Under the pieces are notes generated by a model. The model ran no database searches and was not told the origin of the DNA. It worked only from the letters and a program-made list of their open reading frames with translations. From Candidatus Fraserbacteria bacterium (GTDB lineage: Bacteria; Bipolaricaulota; Bipolaricaulia; RBG-16-55-9; DRXL01), in the NCBI GenBank assembly GCA_947085185.1, contig CAMTVK010000002.1:64001-128000 (forward strand): a DNA stretch of 64,000 nucleotides. The letters run 5' to 3'. Of this stretch, positions 1-8,873 are shown piece by piece. The first letter of the stretch is position 1, and every line of letters starts with the position of its first letter. Both the position numbers and the translations under genes were made by a program.

Positions 1-2055
1 AAAGGGGCTGCGGCCCTGCGGGCTCTGGGAACACTAGAAAAAGTCGAGGCCGATTATAGAATTATCTCCAACAGCATCCGCGTGATCTATCGCGTCGTGG
101 AGAACCCCATCGTCAAGAAGATCGAATTCACGGGGAACGAGAGCTATCAGTTCTATCTGATAGATATCTGGGGGATCAGGCTCTTCCCGTACAAGATGAA
201 GCTAGCACGGCGCGACGAACTGATCGACGCGCTGCGCGAGGCCAAGGTCGAAGAGAACAAGCCACTCAATATACGATGGTTCGACGACAAGATCATCGAG
301 AACACGATCACGCAGTTCTATCTCAAGAAGGGCTATACGTTCATTGGGGTAGACCTGGTCTTCAACCGCGAGAAGCAGATCCTGACTATTCAGATCGTAG
401 AGGGCAAGCTCGATGGCGTCGAGATCCGCGGGCTCCAAGAAGTCCCAGAGTCTCTCGTCAAGCCCTGGTTACAGCTCCCCGTGGGGGAACCAGTCAAGAT
501 CGCCCCTATCCAAGAAGCAATCAAAGCGCTCAACAAGTCGGTCTACTTTCAGCCGACCGACGAGCAGACTCTTGGGATCGAACAAGGGAGCAAGCCTAAC
601 ACCGTGAAGATCATTTGGAACCTCAAGGAGCGCCGTCTCCTCGATGCGCCCACGGAGATCCGCGCGATCCGGCTCTCCGGCGCTACAGTCTATACGCCCG
701 ATCAGCTCCATGCCCTCATAGGAAAGCTCCCCCAAGGACCAGTCAATAACTTCACACTGCTCACTGCGCTCAAGCGCGTCTACGATCTCTATCGCATGGA
801 AGGCTATATCTTGGCCAACTTCGTGAGGGAGTCTCTTGCCGACGGGGTGCTCACCGTGCGCATCACCGAGGGGAGGATCGTCAAGGTCACGATCTCCAAT
901 GCGTGTAAGCCCGGCGCCAAATCCGTGATCATCCCCAACGTCATAGAGCTTCCCCGACAGTGTACCTCGGAGATGGTCATCCGCAAAGCGTTGCGCCTGA
1001 GAGAAGGGGATCTGATCAATGAGAACCCCCTGCGCGATAGCTTCAGGAATCTCCTGCAGTTGGGCTACTTCAAAGGTGATGGGGTCAACATCCAGCCCAA
1101 GGTGCTCGACGAATCGACCGGGGAAGTCGAGCTTCTCGTCAGCGTCGTCGAGGAAGATCAGTTGGGGAATCTCAAGGGTGGAGTGAGCTATAATCCCCAG
1201 ATGGGGCTGGTCGGACAGATCAGCGTGGGATGGAAGAATATCTTAGGGACAGCGCAAGACGTAGACCTGTCGCTTGACCGGGGTCTGATAGGCAAAGATG
1301 TGCTCAATTACTCGTTTAGCTACAAGACCACGGCGTACTTCAAGGAGTACAATTCTCTCGAGATTTCGCTCTTCAATAACACTTCTCAGCAGACTGACCC
1401 CAAGCCCCACGAGATGACTAAATCCGGGGCGACGTTCGCCGTCAGCTATCCCGTGAGATCGGACCTCACGCTGACGCTGCGCTTCCGATACGAGCACGTC
1501 TGGAAAGCTGAGCCCATGAACGAGAAGAGTTTGATCATGTCAGTAGGGCTGGACATCGTGCGGGATACGCGCAACAACCCGATCTTCCCGACGTCAGGGG
1601 GCGAAGTGATCTTCATAGGTGAGCAGGCGGGCAAGTTCGCCGTGGGCACGGAGTTCACCAAGCTCCAGGGGATCTGGACGCATCACTGGCGGACGCTGGA
1701 GCGCCAGACGATCTCCGTGAGGCTCTATGGAGCTCTGGGGCTGAGCTTGCCTTCCCAAGAGCGTTTCGGCTTTGGCGGCGTCATGACGGTGCGCGGCTGG
1801 GAGATGCGCTTTGCGGATCAGTTTGCCTTGACGAATCTTGAGTATCGCATGGAGCTTGCTGAGAATATCTGGGGCGTCTTCTACTATGATGTCGGATGGG
1901 CGAAGGAGGTGGGATGGCGCCAGTCGCTCGGCTTTGAGATGCGCCTGGTGACGGGCTTTATCGGGAACGTGCGATTTATCTTGGCCTGGCCGTTCTACGA
2001 GACAGGGTTACAGATCGCACCGGTCTTCCAATTTGGTTTTGGCACGATGTTCTAA
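1..2055 (+). CDS. bamA: Outer membrane protein assembly factor BamA/Omp85 (5'-partial)
   Basis: Frame is open from base 1. POTRA-like repeats, DTRNNPIFPTSG, GGxxTVRG motif, C-terminal FQFGFGTMF; upstream of skp and fabZ. Confidence 0.9.
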   Translation, partial: KGAAALRALGTLEKVEADYRIISNSIRVIYRVVENPIVKKIEFTGNESYQFYLIDIWGIRLFPYKMKLARRDELIDALREAKVEENKPLNIRWFDDKIIENTITQFYLKKGYTFIGVDLVFNREKQILTIQIVEGKLDGVEIRGLQEVPESLVKPWLQLPVGEPVKIAPIQEAIKALNKSVYFQPTDEQTLGIEQGSKPNTVKIIWNLKERRLLDAPTEIRAIRLSGATVYTPDQLHALIGKLPQGPVNNFTLLTALKRVYDLYRMEGYILANFVRESLADGVLTVRITEGRIVKVTISNACKPGAKSVIIPNVIELPRQCTSEMVIRKALRLREGDLINENPLRDSFRNLLQLGYFKGDGVNIQPKVLDESTGEVELLVSVVEEDQLGNLKGGVSYNPQMGLVGQISVGWKNILGTAQDVDLSLDRGLIGKDVLNYSFSYKTTAYFKEYNSLEISLFNNTSQQTDPKPHEMTKSGATFAVSYPVRSDLTLTLRFRYEHVWKAEPMNEKSLIMSVGLDIVRDTRNNPIFPTSGGEVIFIGEQAGKFAVGTEFTKLQGIWTHHWRTLERQTISVRLYGALGLSLPSQERFGFGGVMTVRGWEMRFADQFALTNLEYRMELAENIWGVFYYDVGWAKEVGWRQSLGFEMRLVTGFIGNVRFILAWPFYETGLQIAPVFQFGFGTMF

Positions 2056-2081
2056 ATCCTATCGCAAAGGAGGCACACTAT

Positions 2082-2627
2082 ATGCGACAACTCTTTATGG
2101 GGCTGGGGTTGTTAGCTGTAATCTTTCTGGCAGGAGGCTGCCAATCGCAGGGTGGGGCGCAGGATATCGACGATCTGCGCGCGAGGGTGGACAAGCTCGA
2201 GCAGACAGTCCAAGATCTGAAGGCCCAATTGGCCAAGGGCGGATCCGGGCTGCGCATTGCGTATATTAACGCGGAAAAAGTCTTTCAAGATTACAAGCGC
2301 ACCAGCGAGGCCGTCGCGAAATTTCGCGCCGAAGCTGAGAAGAAACAGGGCGAGCTCAAGGCCCTCCAAGACAAGTTCAAGAAGGGCCTGATGAGCGAGG
2401 ACGAGTTTCAGCGGGGGGCAGCACGCCTGCAACAAGAGCTCCAGATGCTTGATCTTCAGCTGACTTCAGAAATCCAGAGCGAGATGATCAAGGTCGTCGA
2501 GCAGATCGCCAAGGAGAGAGGGTATCACTGGGTGACGCAGCGCAAGGACGTCGTCCTGTATGCCGACCCAAATGCGCTCGAAGATATCACGTATGATGTC
2601 CTGAAGATCCTCAACCAAGGACAGTAA
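2082..2627 (+). CDS. skp: OmpH/Skp chaperone with lipobox and N-terminal coiled coil
   Basis: RIAYINAEKVF and IAKERGY...DITYDVL motifs; SD AAGGAGG; synteny with bamA. Confidence 0.85.
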   Translation: MRQLFMGLGLLAVIFLAGGCQSQGGAQDIDDLRARVDKLEQTVQDLKAQLAKGGSGLRIAYINAEKVFQDYKRTSEAVAKFRAEAEKKQGELKALQDKFKKGLMSEDEFQRGAARLQQELQMLDLQLTSEIQSEMIKVVEQIAKERGYHWVTQRKDVVLYADPNALEDITYDVLKILNQGQ

Positions 2628-2662
2628 GAGCGTGAAAAACTTCAAGAGCACTCTGCACCGTT

Positions 2663-3088
2663 ATGACGACAGATGAGATCCGGCGCATCTTGCCACATCG
2701 TTACCCGTTCTTGTTGGTCGACCGAGTGCTGGAATGGGGCGAGCGGCGCGTACGCACGCTCAAGAACGTCACCCATAATGAGCCGTTCTTTGCCGGGCAT
2801 TTCCCGGAGCAGCCGATCATGCCCGGCGTCTTGATCTTAGAGGGCATGGCCCAGACCGTAGGGCTTCTCATAAGTCGGGAGCAGCCAGGTCGCAGCGGCT
2901 ACTTGGTCGGAGTGGACCATGCGCGCTTCCGCCGCCCCGTCCAGCCAGGAGATCAAATCGTCTATGAAGCCGAACTCGAACGCGGCCGTCAAGGGTTCTA
3001 CCGAGCACGGGTCCAAGCCAGCGTCAACGGAACTCCTGTGGCGCAAGCCCTGTTGTCGGTCGCTGTCAACACTCAAGAGCAGCTATGA
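2663..3088 (+). CDS. fabZ: 3-hydroxyacyl-ACP dehydratase
   Basis: LPHRYPFLLVD and FAGHFPxxPIMPGVL motifs. Confidence 0.95.
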   Translation: MTTDEIRRILPHRYPFLLVDRVLEWGERRVRTLKNVTHNEPFFAGHFPEQPIMPGVLILEGMAQTVGLLISREQPGRSGYLVGVDHARFRRPVQPGDQIVYEAELERGRQGFYRARVQASVNGTPVAQALLSVAVNTQEQL

Positions 3089-3996
3089 AACGCTTAGTCG
3101 AGTGCGTCCCCAATATCAGCGAAGGGCGCGATCACGCAAAAATTGACACGATCGTCGCTGCGGTAAGAGAGACCCCAGGAGTTCTTCTGCTCGACGTTGA
3201 TCCCGACGCCGACCACAATCGCACGGTCATCACGTTCGTGGGCGAACCCCAAGCGATAGAATCAGCTGTCTTAAACTTAGTTGCTCAGGCCGTCGCCTTG
3301 ATAGATCTTACGAAGCACAAAGGGGAACATCCGCGCATGGGAGCTGTGGACGTCATCCCGTTCGTGCCGTTGCGAGGGGTGAAAAAGCACGAGTGCATTG
3401 AGCTCGCCCAACGAGTCGGCCAAGCGATCTGGGAGAGATTCAAAGTCCCGATCTATCTCTATGGAGACGCGGCGACCCGCCCCGAACGCAAGGATCTCGC
3501 CAACATCCGCAAGGGGGAGTTTGAAAACTTCTTCGCGAAGATTCAAGAGCCCGACTGGGCTCCCGATTTTGGGGAAAGAAGAGTTCATCCGACGGCCGGC
3601 GTCAGCGCTGTGGGCGTGCGCCCTCCCTTGATCGCGTTCAACGTCAATCTGGGCACGAACAACTTAGATATTGCGAAACAGATCGCCAAAGCCGTGCGGG
3701 GCTCCGACGGCGGGCTGCGCTACGTCAAAGCGCTCGGGTTCGCTCTTGAAGGGCGGGGCATCGTTCAAGTCTCTATGAATTTGACGAACTTTGAGAAGAC
3801 CCCGATCTATCAGGTCTTTGAGCTGATCAAGTGCGAGGCCGACCGCTGGGGGGTTCCTATTGTAGGGAGCGAGATCGTGGGGCTTGTCCCCCAGGCAGCC
3901 CTCCTTCAAGTCGCCGAGCATTTCCTCAGGCTCGAGAACTTCAGCTATGACCAAGTGTTAGAGAATAGACTGACTCAGTGTCTTGAAGAGTCGTGA
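3085..3996 (+). CDS. ftcD: Glutamate formiminotransferase (no cyclodeaminase domain)
   Basis: LVECVPNISEGR, DHNRTVIT and HPRMGAVDVIPF motifs. Confidence 0.93.
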   Translation: MKRLVECVPNISEGRDHAKIDTIVAAVRETPGVLLLDVDPDADHNRTVITFVGEPQAIESAVLNLVAQAVALIDLTKHKGEHPRMGAVDVIPFVPLRGVKKHECIELAQRVGQAIWERFKVPIYLYGDAATRPERKDLANIRKGEFENFFAKIQEPDWAPDFGERRVHPTAGVSAVGVRPPLIAFNVNLGTNNLDIAKQIAKAVRGSDGGLRYVKALGFALEGRGIVQVSMNLTNFEKTPIYQVFELIKCEADRWGVPIVGSEIVGLVPQAALLQVAEHFLRLENFSYDQVLENRLTQCLEES

Positions 3997-4041
3997 CTCT
4001 CTTCCTTGCTTGTGCGGCCCAAGGGCTGATAGCATTGAGCT

Positions 4042-5331
4042 GTGAACTTCAAGCGTGTGACGATCTTAGGAGCGGGGCGCAGCGGCATAGCTGCTGCTTG
4101 CGCGCTCCACGCCCTGGGCGTTGAAGTCTTCGTCAGCGAGCAGGCAGCGCTCTCGCCGTGGGCTCGGCACCAGCTGAGTCAGCTTCGCATCTCTTTTGAG
4201 GAACACGGCCACACTGAGCACGCGCTCGCTCACGCGCAGCTCGTCGTGCTCTCCCCTGGAGTCCCCATCGCTGCTCCTATCGTGCAACGCGCTCGTGCTT
4301 TGGGCATCCCCGTCTGGGGCGAATTGGAGCTTGCCTATCGGCTTTGCCCCAGCAAACAGATCATTGCTGTAACGGGCACCAACGGCAAGAGCACCACGAC
4401 AAAACTCATCGAAGCGCTGCTTACCCAAAGCGGGCTGAGAGCGCTCAGCGCGGGCAACATCGGGACACCGCTTGCCGCACGGCTCCGCGAGATCACCCCG
4501 GACACTCTAGTCGTCCTTGAAGTGAGCAGCTTCCAGTTGGAGTCTATCGAGCGATTTCGGCCCACTGTTGCTGTGCTCTTGAACGTCGCGCCGAACCATC
4601 TGGACCGCCACGGCACGTTCGAAGAGTATCTCTCTAGCAAATGTCGGATCTTTGAGAACCACACTGAGCATGACACTCTCGTGCTTCCGAGAAGTCTTCT
4701 CTTACCGAAGCGTCCCCGCTCGCGCGTAGTCTATTATGACGATATCCTCCCAGAGCTCAGTCATCTGAACGTGCCTGCTCATTTGAGAGAAAACACGGCA
4801 GCCGCCCTGGCCGCCTGTCGAGTCTTCGTGCCTTCTCTGGCTCCCCCAGATGCAGAGATCTTCGCACGGGTGCGCTTATCTCATCGCCAAGAGTTCATCG
4901 CGGAGATCAATGGGGTGAAATTCTACGACGATTCCAAGGCGACGACCGTCCATGCGACGCTGGCGGCACTCGATGCTTTTGCAGGGCCGTTGGTCTTGAT
5001 CTTAGGAGGGCGCAATAAGAATTTAGACTTTGCCCCGCTTGTGCAAGCCTTGCGCTCCAAGCAAATCTGCGAGATTCTCTTAATCGGAGAAGCTGCGCCC
5101 CAGATCGCTCAGGCGCTCCAAGCCGCGCAGATCACTCAGTTCTCGTTCGTGGGAGACTTTTCTGAAGCCGTCGAGCGTGCGCTGCGCTATCCAGGAGCGA
5201 CATGCCTGCTTTCCCCAGCATGTGCGAGCTTCGATCAATTTAAGAACTATGAGGAGCGCGGGCGTGTCTTTCGTGAGGCCGTCCTGCGAGCCCAGCAGCT
5301 CACTCTGACTTCTCCCCCACAAGCGATATAA
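4042..5331 (+). CDS. murD: UDP-N-acetylmuramoyl-L-alanine--D-glutamate ligase
   Basis: AVTGTNGKSTT, EVSSFQLE, DSKAT and LLSPACASFDQF motifs. Confidence 0.95.
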   Translation: MNFKRVTILGAGRSGIAAACALHALGVEVFVSEQAALSPWARHQLSQLRISFEEHGHTEHALAHAQLVVLSPGVPIAAPIVQRARALGIPVWGELELAYRLCPSKQIIAVTGTNGKSTTTKLIEALLTQSGLRALSAGNIGTPLAARLREITPDTLVVLEVSSFQLESIERFRPTVAVLLNVAPNHLDRHGTFEEYLSSKCRIFENHTEHDTLVLPRSLLLPKRPRSRVVYYDDILPELSHLNVPAHLRENTAAALAACRVFVPSLAPPDAEIFARVRLSHRQEFIAEINGVKFYDDSKATTVHATLAALDAFAGPLVLILGGRNKNLDFAPLVQALRSKQICEILLIGEAAPQIAQALQAAQITQFSFVGDFSEAVERALRYPGATCLLSPACASFDQFKNYEERGRVFREAVLRAQQLTLTSPPQAI

Positions 5332-5339
5332 TTAATGTG

Positions 5340-5519
5340 ATGCCCAAGAGGAAGCGCTCCGTGCGCCGTCCCAGAGAGAAGAGAGCAGCTCAGAAGCTCG
5401 TGAAGGTCCGCCCTCTTGTGGACCCTCATCTCTGTCCCATCTGCCAAGAGCCGTTTACGCTCGTTGTGGGGTGCCATAAAGTTTGTCGCTGTGGATACGA
5501 AGAGGGCTGCGGAGACTGA
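5340..5519 (+). CDS. Small basic Zn-ribbon-like protein
   Basis: CPICQ...GC..VCRCGY...C pattern; TATAAT 7 nt upstream of the ATG. Confidence 0.65.
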   Translation: MPKRKRSVRRPREKRAAQKLVKVRPLVDPHLCPICQEPFTLVVGCHKVCRCGYEEGCGD

Positions 5520-5663
5520 AAAAGCCTTCACCTTGAGTCTTGGGGCAGGGTGCAGGGCTCCCTGTGGGCCATCCCCGGACTCGGCACCCCGCCCCGCTCG
5601 CTCCCTCTGAGATGGACCGCTCACTGCTCCCTCACTCTAGCGCGACCTCCCCTCCCCAACCAT

Positions 5664-5695
5664 AAGCTAGCTTAAGAAAGAACTTAAGCTAGCTT
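5664..5695. repeat. Perfect 13-6-13 palindrome
   Basis: AAGCTAGCTTAAG-aaagaa-CTTAAGCTAGCTT, directly abutting repeat copy 1. Confidence 0.9.
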
Positions 5696-5938
5696 TGTAA
5701 TGGGTCAAGAGATCGTTACCAGGACCCAAGCGGTCGAGATCCTATCTCACAGCGGCAGCACCGCAAACTCCGCAGGCACTCTGCCACAGTCGTGCCCCTG
5801 AGAGGATGCCCGCTCTCTTGAGCCATTGCCACACCTCCCCCTGGCGGAACGTTTTGGTGCGGCATCTTTATAATCAATGGGTGCACCAAAACGTTCCGGT
5901 AACGATCTCTTGGCGCAGGGACCCTCTACCCTTGACAA
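5696..5938. mobile_element. MITE-like element, copy 1 (left boundary of island)
   Basis: Direct repeat of 12186-12386. Inverted repeat CAAGAGATCGTTACC (5706-5720)/GGTAACGATCTCTTG (5898-5912); begins TGTAATGGGTC. Confidence 0.7.
5845..5899. repeat. 55-bp palindromic insertion nested in copy 1
   Basis: Perfect 16-bp inverted repeat CGGAACGTTTTGGTGC/GCACCAAAACGTTCCG; absent from copy 2. Confidence 0.85.
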
Positions 5939-5960
5939 GATACCAACTACGCGGTAAACT
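5932..5960 (+). promoter_or_regulatory. Sigma70 promoter of the island operon
   Basis: TTGACA-17-TAAACT. Confidence 0.7.
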
Positions 5961-5968
5961 AAGACCAA

Positions 5969-5985
5969 CCCCACCCCATGTGGGG
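5969..5985. promoter_or_regulatory. Putative CsoR/RcnR-type operator 1
   Basis: CCCCAC-N5-GTGGGG just downstream of the -10 box; the same consensus recurs at 10095. Confidence 0.55.
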
Positions 5986-6091
5986 GGTAATAGCTGTGAG
6001 GTCTAACAATGGACCAAGAGGGCTATCTTGATTCGGAGATCATGGCGCTGCCAGGCGGCAGCCGTTATAATGTGAACCAGGGGCAAGAGGC

Positions 6092-6421
6092 ATGAAGGCA
6101 ACAGTAGCTTTGATCATAGTGTTCTTAGCAAGCAGCCTGCTCCCACTGTCGGAGGCCGCCGTTTCGATGTGGGCATCGGCAGAGAACCATGCGGCCGCGC
6201 ACACCGCGCCTGTAGCATCTAACCAACCCACAAGCTCATGCTGCAGCCAGGGGAACGAACACTTGCCACACGCCACCTTATGCTGCGCCGATTGCCCGGC
6301 CTTACACAATGACTTGCCTCTCTTTGGGGAGGCTCTACCCCGGTGGCCCTGGTTTTTTAGCGAGCCCATCTCCATGCCGGCTATCTTCCTCCCCCTCCAT
6401 CTGCGACCGCCCACCACCTAA
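6092..6421 (+). CDS. DUF2946/CruR-like secreted Cys/His-rich leader protein
   Basis: Signal peptide, CC..HLPH..CCADC, C-terminal LHLRPP; first full-length gene of the operon. Confidence 0.6.
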   Translation: MKATVALIIVFLASSLLPLSEAAVSMWASAENHAAAHTAPVASNQPTSSCCSQGNEHLPHATLCCADCPALHNDLPLFGEALPRWPWFFSEPISMPAIFLPLHLRPPTT

Positions 6422-6500
6422 CGCCAATCCCTAGTCAGCTATTAAAGCTCGCCTGGCGAGCTCGCAAAGACAACACTAAGAGATATAGAAAGGAGCTCAA

Positions 6501-7109
6501 ATGTCTTTGAAGAAGATGCAAACTATCCGTGTTGCCGTTACAGGGCTGGCCTTGCTGGCTCTGGTCAGCAGCGGTTGGGCATTGGCCCAGATCTTCGGGA
6601 TCGGCCCCTACACTGGGGGGACGCTCACGGTCGTCTATCGCTTGACCAACATGGAGCCTGATCCAAGCCCGGGCACCCTCACCCTGAAGATAGTCCCGGA
6701 GGGGACCAAATTCCGGGTGACCGAGACCTTCGAGTTGCTGGCAGATGCAGGCCAACTGCAAGTTTTGGTCTTTTCGCACGGGTTTGTGCACGTGCCCAAG
6801 GGGTATCTCGACATGACCCCGCTCAGCGCGCTGGACACCCGCGAAGTCCTGCCCAACAGAGAAATTCTGTTACCCGAAGGTGCCAAACTCGTGACGCGGG
6901 GCGAGGTGACGATCGGCGGGGTCAAGGCCGTCGAGGGCACCTACACACACCCCAAATTTGAAGACCAACGGGCGATCGTGGCGATCAGCGACGTAGAGTC
7001 GCGCAAGATCCTGCCCTACCCGCCGCTTTTGCGCATCGAAAGGCAAGAGGGCGGGAAGTGGGTGTTAGTCGCTCTGACGGAGCTAGTAAGTGTCAAACAG
7101 GAGCGGTGA
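6501..7109 (+). CDS. Exported hypothetical protein
   Basis: SD AAGGAG; signal peptide ending in ALA; beta-rich sequence. Confidence 0.75.
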   Translation: MSLKKMQTIRVAVTGLALLALVSSGWALAQIFGIGPYTGGTLTVVYRLTNMEPDPSPGTLTLKIVPEGTKFRVTETFELLADAGQLQVLVFSHGFVHVPKGYLDMTPLSALDTREVLPNREILLPEGAKLVTRGEVTIGGVKAVEGTYTHPKFEDQRAIVAISDVESRKILPYPPLLRIERQEGGKWVLVALTELVSVKQER

Positions 7110-7177
7110 TGGTGCAAGTGGGCGGGTCGCAGAACGGCCCGCCCACTTCCCTCGAAGGAACAAGAAAGGAGAGCGCA

Positions 7178-8155
7178 ATGCGAAAGTATATACGAATATT
7201 AGCAACTATCAGCGGCTGCCTGTTATTACTCATCAGCTCATCCATCGGAAGAGCCGGGCAGCCAGCGACCGAGATCGTCTACGTGGCAAACGCCAAGTCG
7301 AACACCGTTTCCGTCGTCAACTGGGCTACTAAATCTGTCTTAGCCACAATCCCCGTGGGCACGACGCCCCACGGTCTGACGCTCAGCCCCGATGGGAAAA
7401 CGCTCTATGTCGCCAATTCCAAATCATCGGATGTGAGTATTGTAGATCTCGCCAAACGCTCGGTCATAGCGACGATCCCGAGCGGCGACGGTAGCCATCA
7501 TATCGTCGTCAGCCCCGATGGCCGGCGGGCTTACACCGCCAATATTCGGGCCAACAGTGTCTCCGTGCTCGATCTCGTGGCGCGCAAGGCCATCGCGGAG
7601 ATCCCTGTGGGCAAGACCCCGCAATATCTCGCGCTCAGCCCCGATGGCAAAGAGATCTGGGTCGCCGACGATAAGTCCAACCAGGTCTCCGTCATAGAAA
7701 CAGCAACTGTCCGAGTTGTGGCTACAATCCCAGTCGGCGACGGGCCGGATCACTTGGTATTCAGTCGAGACGGCAAGACGGTCTATGTCACGCATACTCG
7801 ATCCGGGGATGTGCGAGTTATTGACGCGGCCTCCCGGAAGGTCGTCACCGTCGTCCCAGTCGGCAAAGAGCCGCACGGCATAGACATCAGCCCCGACGGG
7901 GCGCTGGTCTTCGTGGCCAATCGAGGCGAGAATACTATTACACCCCTGATCGTCGCCTTAGGAAACAGAGTCATGCCAAGCTTCTCATCCGGGGGCAATG
8001 GGCCGAACCACTTACGGGTTAGCCCCGACGGCCGTTTTGTACTAGTGACGAACCGGGACTCGAACAATCTCGTCGTAGTAGACTTAAGCACCTTTCGGAT
8101 CAGCGCCACCATCTCTGTGGGCGAGGAGCCACACGAGTTCGTCTTTGGAAAGTAG
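7178..8155 (+). CDS. YncE/YVTN-family beta-propeller repeat protein
   Basis: About seven IPVG..P....SPDG..YVAN repeats; signal peptide; SD AAGGAG. Confidence 0.9.
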   Translation: MRKYIRILATISGCLLLLISSSIGRAGQPATEIVYVANAKSNTVSVVNWATKSVLATIPVGTTPHGLTLSPDGKTLYVANSKSSDVSIVDLAKRSVIATIPSGDGSHHIVVSPDGRRAYTANIRANSVSVLDLVARKAIAEIPVGKTPQYLALSPDGKEIWVADDKSNQVSVIETATVRVVATIPVGDGPDHLVFSRDGKTVYVTHTRSGDVRVIDAASRKVVTVVPVGKEPHGIDISPDGALVFVANRGENTITPLIVALGNRVMPSFSSGGNGPNHLRVSPDGRFVLVTNRDSNNLVVVDLSTFRISATISVGEEPHEFVFGK

Positions 8156-8171
8156 GAAAGGAGAGAACGCA

Positions 8172-8873
8172 ATGATTCACCTGAAAAACGTGCACAAGAC
8201 GTACCCCATGGGCGAGACACGGGTTCAGGCACTTCGAGGCTTGGACTTGACAATAAAGCCCGGAGAGTTCGTAGCCATTATGGGGCCATCCGGCTCGGGC
8301 AAATCTACACTGATGCACCTGCTCGGCTGTCTGGATCTGCCCAGCGAGGGCCTGGTGCAACTCGATGGCAACGATGTGACGAAACTGGACGAAGACAGAC
8401 TGGCGCAAATCCGTGGCAAGAAGGTTGGCTTTGTCTTTCAAACGTTCAATTTGATCCCGACGCTGACCGCTCAAGAGAACGTCGAGCTGCCGCTCTTCTT
8501 TCAGGGTGTCCCCCGCAGAGAGCGCAGCGCCCGAGCTGTAGAGCTGCTGCAAAAAGTTGGGCTCGGTGATAGAGTTCATCACAAGCCGTCCCAGCTCTCC
8601 GGCGGGGAGCGCCAGCGCGTAGCCATCGCCCGCGCCTTGGCCAACGATCCAGAGATCATCTTGGCCGACGAGCCCACAGGCAATCTCGACTCAGAATCGG
8701 GCGAGGTCATCTTGAAGCTATTGGAGCAGCTTAATCGTGAGGGCAAGACGATCATTCTCGTCACGCATAACCCGGAGGCTGCTGCGTATGCGCACCGCAT
8801 TGTACGGATCAAGGACGGGCGGCTCTTAGAGGAAGTCAAGACAAAGGAGGAGATCGGTTATGCTCTTCGATAG
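8172..8873 (+). CDS. ABC transporter ATPase, LolD/MacB type
   Basis: GPSGSGKST, LSGGERQR and DEPTGNLD motifs. Confidence 0.93.
   Translation: MIHLKNVHKTYPMGETRVQALRGLDLTIKPGEFVAIMGPSGSGKSTLMHLLGCLDLPSEGLVQLDGNDVTKLDEDRLAQIRGKKVGFVFQTFNLIPTLTAQENVELPLFFQGVPRRERSARAVELLQKVGLGDRVHHKPSQLSGGERQRVAIARALANDPEIILADEPTGNLDSESGEVILKLLEQLNREGKTIILVTHNPEAAAYAHRIVRIKDGRLLEEVKTKEEIGYALR

Noticed and set aside
5247..6006. ORFs 5247-5624, 5747-5974 and 5806-6006 (also 12195-12639)
   Set aside because: They run through palindromic repeat DNA or antisense to real genes, and show no protein motifs.
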